Assembly: GCA_963749075.1 (NCBI GenBank)
Contig: CAVVLJ010000021.1
Span: 512,001-576,000, forward strand
From: an uncultured Pseudomonadota bacterium
GTDB lineage: Bacteria > Pseudomonadota > Alphaproteobacteria > JACZXZ01
DNA length: 64,000 nt
Reading direction: 5' to 3'
The notes beneath the pieces are model-generated. The model ran no database searches. It was given only the letters and a program-made list of their open reading frames with translations, and had not been told where the DNA came from. The position numbers and the translations under genes were made by a program. Shown here piece after piece: positions 56,634-64,000 of the stretch (its first letter is position 1; every line of letters starts with the position of its first letter).

Positions 56634-57527
56634 ATGAGCCCGACTGCGAGGCCCCGCCGCAGCCTCCTCTACATGCCGGGCTCGAACGCGCGCGCGCTCG
56701 AGAAGGCGCGTACGCTGGCAGCCGACGGGCTCATCCTCGACCTCGAGGACGCGGTGGCGCCCGACGCCAAGGCCGCGGCGCGCGCGCAAGTTGCGGCGGC
56801 GCTCGAGGCCGGCGGCTATGGCGGGCGCGAGCTCGTGGTGCGCGTGAACGGGCTCGAGACACCCTGGGGTGCGGAGGACCTCGCTGCCGCGGCGCGGCTT
56901 CCCGCCCATGCGGTGCTGGTGCCCAAGGTCGAGAGTGCCGAGATGGTGGCGGAGGTCGAAGGGCGGCTCGCCGCCGCAGGTGCCTCCGCCGAGCTCGCTA
57001 TCTGGTGCATGATGGAGACGCCGCTCGGCATCCTCCATGCCGAGGCGATCGCGGCCTCCTCGAAGCGCGTCGGCTGCCTCGTCATGGGCACCTCGGACCT
57101 CGCCAAGGACCTCCATGCCGCGCACACGCGCATACGCCTGCCCATGCTGACGAGCCTCGGGCTCGCGATCCTCGCCGCGCGCGCCCACGGCCTCGCCATT
57201 CTCGACGGCGTGCATCTCGATCTCGCCGACGACGAGGGCTTCGCCGCGAGCTGCCGGCAGGGGAAGGAGCTCGGCTTCGACGGCAAGACGCTCATCCATC
57301 CGAAGACGATCGCGGCGGCCAACGAGATCTTCGGCCCCACGGCCGCGGAGGTCGCCTGCGCCGAGCGCATCATCGCCGCCCATGCCGAGGCCGCCCGCGC
57401 CGGCAAGGGCGTCGTGCTCGTCGACGGCAAGCTCATCGAGAACCTGCACGTCGAGAATGCCGAGCGCCTGGTGGCGCTCGCCGAGGCGATTCTGCGCCTC
57501 GAGACCGCCGCCGGCGCAGCCGGGTAG
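56634..57527 (+). CDS. CoA ester lyase, CitE family (malyl-CoA thioesterase/lyase-like)
   Basis: RPRRSLLYMPGSN, DLEDAVAP, VRVNG, MMETP and GFDGKTLIHP motifs. Confidence 0.9.
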   Translation: MSPTARPRRSLLYMPGSNARALEKARTLAADGLILDLEDAVAPDAKAAARAQVAAALEAGGYGGRELVVRVNGLETPWGAEDLAAAARLPAHAVLVPKVESAEMVAEVEGRLAAAGASAELAIWCMMETPLGILHAEAIAASSKRVGCLVMGTSDLAKDLHAAHTRIRLPMLTSLGLAILAARAHGLAILDGVHLDLADDEGFAASCRQGKELGFDGKTLIHPKTIAAANEIFGPTAAEVACAERIIAAHAEAARAGKGVVLVDGKLIENLHVENAERLVALAEAILRLETAAGAAG

Positions 57528-57537
57528 GGGCCATGCC

Positions 57538-58614
57538 GTGGCGCGGAGCAAGACCAGCGCCGGCAACTTCTTCGAGGATTTCCGCCTCGGCCAGGAGCTC
57601 GTGCACGCGACCCCGCGCACGGTGACGACGGGCGACGTAGCCCTTTATACGGCGCTCACGGGAACGCGCTTTGCACTTCAGTCCTCGGACGTCTTCGCCC
57701 GCGCCCGCGGTCTCCCGGCGGCACCCATCGACGATCTCCTCGCCTTCCACATCGTCTTCGGCAAGACCGTGCCCAACGTCTCGCTCAACGCCGTCGCCAA
57801 CCTCGGTTATGCGGAATGCCGCTTCCTGGCACCGGTCTTTCCGGGCGACACGCTCTCGGCCAAGAGCCGCGTCATCGGCCTGCGCGAGAACGCCAACGGC
57901 AAGAGCGGCATCGTCTATGTGCGCTCGATCGGCAGCAAGGCGAGCGGCGCCAAGGCGAGCGGCGAGATCGTGCTCGACTATGTGCGCTGGGTGATGGTGA
58001 GGAAGCGGAACGAGTGGGCGCCCGCACCGCAGGCCGTGGTGCCGAGCCTCGGCCAGGCGGTGCCGGCGACCTCGCTCGCCGTGCCGGCGGGGCTCTCGCT
58101 CGCGGGTTACGACTACGCGCTCGCCGGCTCGCCCTCGTCCTGGGAGGATTACGCGGCGGGCGAGCGCATCGACCACGTCGACGGCGTCACCATCGAGGAG
58201 GCCGAGCACATGATGGCGACGCGGCTCTACCAGAACACCGCGCGCGTCCACTTCAACCAGCACGTCCAGGCCGCCGACCGCTTCGGCCGCCGCCTCGTCT
58301 ACGGCGGCCACGTCATGAGCCTGGCGCGCGCCTTGAGCTTCAACGGCCTCGGCAATGCGCTGACGATCGCCGCGATCAACGGCGGCCGGCACGTCGGCCC
58401 CGTCTTCGCCGGCGACACCATCTATGCCTGGAGCGAGGTGCTGGCGCGCTGGGAGATCGCCGGCCGCCGCGACCTCGGCGCCTTGCGCCTGCGCACGGTC
58501 GCCGTCAAGGACCGCAGCTCGGCCAACTTTCCCGACAAGGACGCCCAGGGCAAACCTGATCCCTCGGTGGTGCTCGAGCTCGATTATACGGTGCTGATCC
58601 CGCGGCGCGGCTGA
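57538..58614 (+). CDS. Double hot-dog MaoC-family dehydratase (mesaconyl-CoA hydratase-like)
   Basis: GNFFEDF.LGQ...HATPRT, FHIVFGKTVP, ANLGYA and YQNTARVHFN motifs; next to a CitE-family gene. Confidence 0.85.
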   Translation: MARSKTSAGNFFEDFRLGQELVHATPRTVTTGDVALYTALTGTRFALQSSDVFARARGLPAAPIDDLLAFHIVFGKTVPNVSLNAVANLGYAECRFLAPVFPGDTLSAKSRVIGLRENANGKSGIVYVRSIGSKASGAKASGEIVLDYVRWVMVRKRNEWAPAPQAVVPSLGQAVPATSLAVPAGLSLAGYDYALAGSPSSWEDYAAGERIDHVDGVTIEEAEHMMATRLYQNTARVHFNQHVQAADRFGRRLVYGGHVMSLARALSFNGLGNALTIAAINGGRHVGPVFAGDTIYAWSEVLARWEIAGRRDLGALRLRTVAVKDRSSANFPDKDAQGKPDPSVVLELDYTVLIPRRG

Positions 58615-58722
58615 CGCCCGTCGTTGTCAAGCGTCAGGGCGAGCGTTATCCTCCACTCGCGTCGGCGCCGCGCAAATGGGGCCGACAAGAAGCCGCCAGG
58701 AAGCGCAATTTGGGAGGAGAGG

Positions 58723-60012
58723 ATGACACTCTCGCGCCGCACCCTCGGCAAGTCGGCGCTGGCCCTCGTGGGCGGCGCTTTCCTCGGGATGCCGCAGCGC
58801 GCGGCACTCGCCGCCGAGGATGTCCAACTGCGCATGAGCTGGTGGGGCGGCCAGGACCGCGCGCGGCGGACGAACGCCGCCCTCAGGCTCTTCGAAAGCT
58901 CCCACCCGGGCGTGCACATCCTCGGCGAGAGCGTCGGCTGGGGCGACTATTGGCCGAAGCTCGCGACCCTCGTCGCAGGCGGCAACGGGCCCGACATCAT
59001 CCAGCAGGACTACCGCTTTCTTGCCGAATATGCCCGCCGCGGAGCACTCTTGCCGCTCGACGGCTTCATGCCGAAGCCCCTCGATCTCGCCGACTTCGCG
59101 CCCGGCGCCGAGGACGCCGGCCGCGTCGACGGCAAGCTCTATGGCGTGAGCCTCGGCCTCAACTCGACGGCCACGATCTATGACGCCGAGTTGCTCGGCT
59201 CGCTCAAGCTCCCCGAGCCCGACTATCGCTGGAGCTGGGACGAGTTCGCCCGGCTCGCCGTCGAGATCGGCCAAGCGAGCAAGGGGAGCGTCGCCGGCAC
59301 GGGCAACCACGGCGGCTTCGAGCCGGCCTTCGAGGTCTACGTGCGCCAGCGCGGCAAGGCGCTCTATACCGCCGACGGCAAACTCGCCTTTGCCCCCGAG
59401 GACGCGGCCGAGTGGTTCGCCTTCTGGGACAAGCTGCGCCGCGCGGGCGGGACGGTGACGCCCAACGTCCAGGCGCTCGACAAGGGCAGCGTCGACACGA
59501 GCCCGCTCACCCTCAAGAAGGCGGCGATCGTGATGAGCCATTCCAACCTGCTGCTCGCCTACCAGAGCGTCAACAAGCACCGCCTCGGCATCACCATGAA
59601 CCCGTGGGGGGCGCCGGGCACGCGGCCGGGGCAATATCTCAAGCAGGCCATGATGGCGAGCGCCTATGCCAAGACCAAGTCGCCCGAGCTCGCGGCGGCG
59701 GTCATCGATTTTCTCATCCGCGACCCCGCGGCGATCGCCGTGCTGGAGATCGAGCGCGGCGTGCCGGCCGCGGCGGCGGCCCGCGAGGCCGTGGCCGGCA
59801 AGCTCGACGACGTCGATCGCCGTCAGCTGGACTACATCACCCTCGCGCGCGATCATATGTCGCCGCTGCCCCCGACGCCGCCCAAGGGCGCCGGCGAGAT
59901 CGAGGACGCGCTCACCCGCACCAACGACGCCGTCTCCTTCGAACGCCTTGCGGTGAAGGACGCCGCCCGGCAATTCTGCGACGAGGCCAGGCAGATCCTG
60001 ACGCGAAGCTGA
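58723..60012 (+). CDS. Sugar ABC transporter substrate-binding protein (Tat signal)
   Basis: SRRTLG signal; LRMSWWGGQDR, YWPKLAT and DGKLYGVSLG motifs. Confidence 0.9.
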   Translation: MTLSRRTLGKSALALVGGAFLGMPQRAALAAEDVQLRMSWWGGQDRARRTNAALRLFESSHPGVHILGESVGWGDYWPKLATLVAGGNGPDIIQQDYRFLAEYARRGALLPLDGFMPKPLDLADFAPGAEDAGRVDGKLYGVSLGLNSTATIYDAELLGSLKLPEPDYRWSWDEFARLAVEIGQASKGSVAGTGNHGGFEPAFEVYVRQRGKALYTADGKLAFAPEDAAEWFAFWDKLRRAGGTVTPNVQALDKGSVDTSPLTLKKAAIVMSHSNLLLAYQSVNKHRLGITMNPWGAPGTRPGQYLKQAMMASAYAKTKSPELAAAVIDFLIRDPAAIAVLEIERGVPAAAAAREAVAGKLDDVDRRQLDYITLARDHMSPLPPTPPKGAGEIEDALTRTNDAVSFERLAVKDAARQFCDEARQILTRS

Positions 60013-60014
60013 GC

Positions 60015-60962
60015 ATGCCGGCGTCGCTTCTCACCCGGCGAAAGGCGGCGCCCGACGGCGCGCGGCGTGCGCGGGCGCTCGGCGGCGGCACCGCTTCGGC
60101 CTATCTCTTTCTGGCGCCCTGGCTGCTCGGCTTCACGGCACTGACGCTCGGGCCGATGCTGGCCTCGCTCTACCTCTCCTTCACCGATTTCAACCTGCTC
60201 GAGCCGCCGCGCTGGGCCGGCCTCGACAACTACGTGCGGATGGCGACGGCGGATCCGCGCTATTGGACCGCCGTGCGCGTGACGCTGTTCTACGTGGCGC
60301 TCTCGGTGCCGGCCAAGCTGGCGGCAGCGCTGGCGCTGGCGCTGGCGCTCGACAAGGGCATCCGCGGCTTGAGCCTCTACCGCGCCGTCTTCTACCTGCC
60401 CTCCCTCTTCGGCGCGAGCGTCGCCATCGCCGTGATGTGGCGGCAGCTCTTCGGCGTGGACGGCCTCTTCAACCACGTGCTCGGCTGGTTCGGCGCCGCG
60501 GGGCCGAGCTGGGTCTCCGATCCCGATACCGCCATCTACACGCTGGTGGCGCTGAGCGTGTGGCAGTTCGGCTCGCCGATGATCATCTTCCTCGCCGGGC
60601 TCCGCCAGATCCCGACGGAGGTCTACGATGCGGCCGCGATCGACGGCGCCGGAGCCGTGCGGAAGTTCCTCCACGTCACCCTGCCGCTCCTCGGCCCGAT
60701 CATCTTCTTCAACCTCGTGCTGCAGTCGATCGAGGCGTTCAAGGCCTTCACCCAGGCCTTCATCGTGAGCGGCGGCACCGGCGGTCCGATCGACTCGACG
60801 CTCTTCTACACGCTCTATCTCTACGACGAGGCCTTCAACCATTTCCGCATGGGCTACGCCTCCGCCATGGCATGGGTGCTGCTCGCCGCCATCGCGGTCT
60901 TCACGGCTTGCGCCTTCGCGAGCCAGCGGCTCTGGGTGTTCTATGAAAACGACGCAAGCTAG
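60015..60962 (+). CDS. Sugar ABC transporter permease
   Basis: YLFLAPWLLG, SFTDFNL; EAA loop YDAAAIDGA. Confidence 0.92.
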   Translation: MPASLLTRRKAAPDGARRARALGGGTASAYLFLAPWLLGFTALTLGPMLASLYLSFTDFNLLEPPRWAGLDNYVRMATADPRYWTAVRVTLFYVALSVPAKLAAALALALALDKGIRGLSLYRAVFYLPSLFGASVAIAVMWRQLFGVDGLFNHVLGWFGAAGPSWVSDPDTAIYTLVALSVWQFGSPMIIFLAGLRQIPTEVYDAAAIDGAGAVRKFLHVTLPLLGPIIFFNLVLQSIEAFKAFTQAFIVSGGTGGPIDSTLFYTLYLYDEAFNHFRMGYASAMAWVLLAAIAVFTACAFASQRLWVFYENDAS

Positions 60963-61788
60963 GCGCTGGCGCGCTGCCGGGCTCAAGCACCTGCCCTTGG
61001 CGCTCGCGGCGCTCGTCATGCTCTATCCGCTCTTGTGGATGGTCTCCGGCTCGCTCAAGACGCCGGACAGCGTGCTGACCGACATGGGTCTCGTGCCGCA
61101 GCACTGGGATTTCGACAATTACCGGCGAGGCTGGCATGGGCTTGCCGTGCCCTTCTCGGCGTTCTTCGCCAATTCGCTGCTCATCGCAGCACTCGCGGTG
61201 GCCGGCAACCTCTTCGCCTGCTCGCTCAGCGCCTTCGCCTTCGCCCGCCTGCGCTTCCCCTTCAGGCGAGCGCTCTTCGCCCTCATGCTCGGCACCCTCA
61301 TGCTGCCCTATCACGTGACGCTCATCCCCCAATATGTGCTGTTCCTCCATCTCGGCTGGGTCAATACGGTGCTGCCGCTCGTCGTCCCGAAGTTCCTCGC
61401 CGGCGACGCCTTCTTCATCTTCCTCATGGTGCAGTTCTTCCGCGGTCTGCCGCGCGAGCTCGACGAGGCGGCAATGCTCGACGGCTGCGGCCCCTTCCGC
61501 ATCTATTGGCGGATCGTGCTGCCGCTCTCGCTCCCGGTGCTCGCCACCACCGCCATCTTCTCGTTCATCTGGAGCTGGGACGATTTCTTTGCACCGCTCA
61601 TCTACCTGAGCGATCAGCAGCGCTACACCGTGCCCTTGGCGCTGCGCAGCTTCGTCGATTCGGCCGGGGTCTCGGACTGGGGGCCGCTCTTCGCCATGTC
61701 GACGCTGTCGGTGGCGCCCGTGTTCCTCCTCTTCCTCTTCTTCCAGCGCTTCCTCATCCAGGGCATCGCCATGACCGGGCTCAAGTAG
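60943..61788 (+). CDS. Sugar ABC transporter permease
   Basis: AFAFARLRF, ELDEAAMLDG and WDDFFAPLIYL motifs. Confidence 0.92.
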   Translation: MKTTQARRWRAAGLKHLPLALAALVMLYPLLWMVSGSLKTPDSVLTDMGLVPQHWDFDNYRRGWHGLAVPFSAFFANSLLIAALAVAGNLFACSLSAFAFARLRFPFRRALFALMLGTLMLPYHVTLIPQYVLFLHLGWVNTVLPLVVPKFLAGDAFFIFLMVQFFRGLPRELDEAAMLDGCGPFRIYWRIVLPLSLPVLATTAIFSFIWSWDDFFAPLIYLSDQQRYTVPLALRSFVDSAGVSDWGPLFAMSTLSVAPVFLLFLFFQRFLIQGIAMTGLK

Positions 61789-61813
61789 CGGGCCCGCCAC
61801 GAGAGAACGCGAG

Positions 61814-62854
61814 GTGAAGACCATGCCAACGGACGGTACGGTGCGCTTCGGCGTCATCGGCCTCGATCACCCGCACATCTACCAGCAGTGCGAGGCGCTC
61901 GTGCGCGGCGGCGCCGAGTTCGCCCTCTTTCAGTCCGACGAGCCGGCGCTCGCCCCGCCCTTCGCGGCCCGCTTCCCCATGGCGCGCCAGGTGAGCGATG
62001 CCCGCGCGATCCTCGAGGCGCCGGACATCGCCCTCGTGGCGAGTGCCGCGGTGCCGGGCAAGCGCGCCGGGATCGGCATCGCCGCGATGCGGCACGGCAA
62101 GGACTTCCTCTCCGACAAGCCCGCCTTCACCACCCTCGAGGCGCTCGCCGAGGCGCGCCGGGTCCAGGCCGAGACCGGGCGCATCTTCGCCGTGCTCTTC
62201 GGCGAGCGCTTCGAGAGTGCCGCCACCGTGCGGGCGCTCGAGCTGGCCCGCGCCGGCGCCATCGGCCGCGTCGTGCAGACCATCGGCCTCGGCCCCCACC
62301 GGCTCAACGCGCCGGCCCGGCCGCCGTGGTTCTTCCGCCGCGCGCTCAACGGCGGCATCCTCAACGACATCGCCTCGCACCAGATCGACCAGTTCCTCGT
62401 CTTCACCGGCTCGACGAACGCCACCATCGCCCTCGCCCGCACCGCCAACCGCGCGCATCCGCAATTCCCCGAGTTCGACGATTTCGGCGAGCTCCTCATC
62501 GACGGCCGGGCGGGGACGAGCGGCTACGTGCGGGTCGACTGGTTCACGCCGGACGGTCTCTCGACCTGGGGCGACGGACGGCTGACCGTGCTCGGGACCG
62601 AGGGCTTCATCGAGGTGAGGAAATACTGCGACCTCGCCGGCCGACCCGGCGCCGATCATCTTTTCCTCGTCGACGGGCGGGAGACCCGCTACATCGACTG
62701 CGCGCGCGTGGCGCTGCCCTTCGGGCCGGCCTTGGTGCGCGACGTGCGCGAGCGCAGCGAGACCGCGGTGCCCCAGGCCCATACCTTCCTCGTCTCCGAG
62801 CTCGCCGTGAAGGCAGAGCTCGCGGCCGCGCGGCTCGAGCCGCTCGGAGCATAG
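61814..62854 (+). CDS. Gfo/Idh/MocA family oxidoreductase
   Basis: GLDHPHIY, GKDFLSDKP and GGILNDIASHQIDQ motifs. Confidence 0.88.
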   Translation: MKTMPTDGTVRFGVIGLDHPHIYQQCEALVRGGAEFALFQSDEPALAPPFAARFPMARQVSDARAILEAPDIALVASAAVPGKRAGIGIAAMRHGKDFLSDKPAFTTLEALAEARRVQAETGRIFAVLFGERFESAATVRALELARAGAIGRVVQTIGLGPHRLNAPARPPWFFRRALNGGILNDIASHQIDQFLVFTGSTNATIALARTANRAHPQFPEFDDFGELLIDGRAGTSGYVRVDWFTPDGLSTWGDGRLTVLGTEGFIEVRKYCDLAGRPGADHLFLVDGRETRYIDCARVALPFGPALVRDVRERSETAVPQAHTFLVSELAVKAELAAARLEPLGA

Positions 62855-62860
62855 CCGGCC

Positions 62861-63943
62861 ATGCTTCCGCTCGGCGTCGCCGTCATCGGCATGGGCATCG
62901 GGGGCCGCCACGTCGAAGCCTTCAAGGCGCTGCCGCGGCAATTCACGATTGCCGCCCTCTGCGACCTCGATGCGGCGCGCGCGCGCCAGGTGGCCGAAGC
63001 GAACGGCGTCGCCCGCGTCACGACCGACGTGGAGACGCTCTTCGACGATCCGGCGATCGCGGTGATCGACATCTGCACGCCGCCCGCCAGCCATCGCGGG
63101 CTCATCGAGCGCGCGCTCGCCGCGGGTAAGCTGGTGATCTGCGAGAAGCCGCTCGTCGGCTCGCTCGCCGAGATCGACGAGCTCATGCGCTTCGAGGCGG
63201 CGCACGGCGCGCGCATCCTGCCGGTCTTCCAGTACCGCTACGGCCAGGAGCTGCAGAAGCTCAAGCATCTCGTCGAGCTCGGCATCGCGCGGCGCCACTA
63301 CCTCACGACGGTGGAGCTCGCCTGGAGGCGGGGGCCCGACTATTACGCGACGCCCTGGCGCGGCAAGTGGCGGAGCGAGCTCGGCGGCGTGCTCGTGACG
63401 CAGGCGATCCACTTCCTCAACGTCCTCGCCTACATCCTCGGCCCGGTGCGGCGCGTCTTCGCCTCGACCGCGACCCGCGTCAACGCGATCGAGGTAGAGG
63501 ATTGCGCCGCCGCCGTGCTCGAGTTCGCGGATGGCTCGCTTGCCACGCTCGCCGCGACCTTGGGCTCGGCGCACGAGACGACGCGCCTGCGCTTCTGCTT
63601 CGACGGGCTCTCGGCGGAAAGCGGCGCCGATCCCTATAACCCGGGGACCGCACCGTGGCGCTTCGTGGCGGCGCCGGAGCTGGCGCCCCGCATGGGTGCG
63701 TGCCTTGCGGATTTCACACCCGCAGCCGACGGCTTCGCCGGCCTCTTCGCGCGCTTTGCCACGGCGCTCGAGACGGGTGCGCCGTGGCCGCTCGGCTTGA
63801 GCGATGCGCGCCGCGCCATCGAGCTCATCACGGCGCTCTATCTCTCCGCCGAGAGCGGCCGTGCGGTGCCCCTGCCCTTGCCGCCCGGCTCTGCGAAATA
63901 CGCCGGCTGGACGCCTTCCTATGCGCGCAGCACCGGCGGTTAG
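62861..63943 (+). CDS. Gfo/Idh/MocA family oxidoreductase
   Basis: VIGMGIG, ICTPP..H, CEKP and GGVLVTQAIH motifs. Confidence 0.9.
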   Translation: MLPLGVAVIGMGIGGRHVEAFKALPRQFTIAALCDLDAARARQVAEANGVARVTTDVETLFDDPAIAVIDICTPPASHRGLIERALAAGKLVICEKPLVGSLAEIDELMRFEAAHGARILPVFQYRYGQELQKLKHLVELGIARRHYLTTVELAWRRGPDYYATPWRGKWRSELGGVLVTQAIHFLNVLAYILGPVRRVFASTATRVNAIEVEDCAAAVLEFADGSLATLAATLGSAHETTRLRFCFDGLSAESGADPYNPGTAPWRFVAAPELAPRMGACLADFTPAADGFAGLFARFATALETGAPWPLGLSDARRAIELITALYLSAESGRAVPLPLPPGSAKYAGWTPSYARSTGG

Positions 63944-63953
63944 CGCATAAACG

Positions 63954-63987
63954 AAAGGCCGCGGGGTGCTGAGGCACCTCCGCGGCC
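63954..63987. terminator. GC-rich hairpin, probable terminator
   Basis: ggccgcggggtgc-tgag-gcacctccgcggcc just after the stop at 63943, with a short A-run on its left. Confidence 0.55.
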
Positions 63988-64000
63988 CATCGGCGGGCGA

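Noticed and set aside
58723-63943. Sugar ABC operon lacking an ATPase gene
   Set aside because: Carbohydrate ABC systems often share an ATPase encoded elsewhere, and the window ends here.

Overview
High-GC window from an alphaproteobacterium, probably Rhodospirillales-like. The assignment rests on the gene order ftsY-mtaB-dapF / ffh-rpsP-rimM-trmD-rplS-leuC-leuD-leuB...asd. Most of the window is ordinary housekeeping and transport genes. Accessory content: an IS5-family element, six toxin-antitoxin modules (two damaged), three REP-like doublets and an ORF-less group II intron. The main unexplained structure is a family of ~28-bp sites: 11-bp imperfect inverted arms (aTGTCnGcTTn / nAAgCnGACAt) around a 6-bp core, TGGCAC or TGACCC. 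At 0.7-5.6 kb these sites form ~120-bp three-part elements that separate unrelated small genes, like an integron cassette array but without attC or dif sequence. Single sites also flank a lone gene at 55.0-55.8 kb and follow a vapBC module. The group II intron sits exactly inside the 6-bp core (GGGT|CA) of one site. No recombinase gene is present in the window. Single-base insertions in ffh and leuD suggest sequencing errors, so other apparent pseudogenes should be treated with caution.
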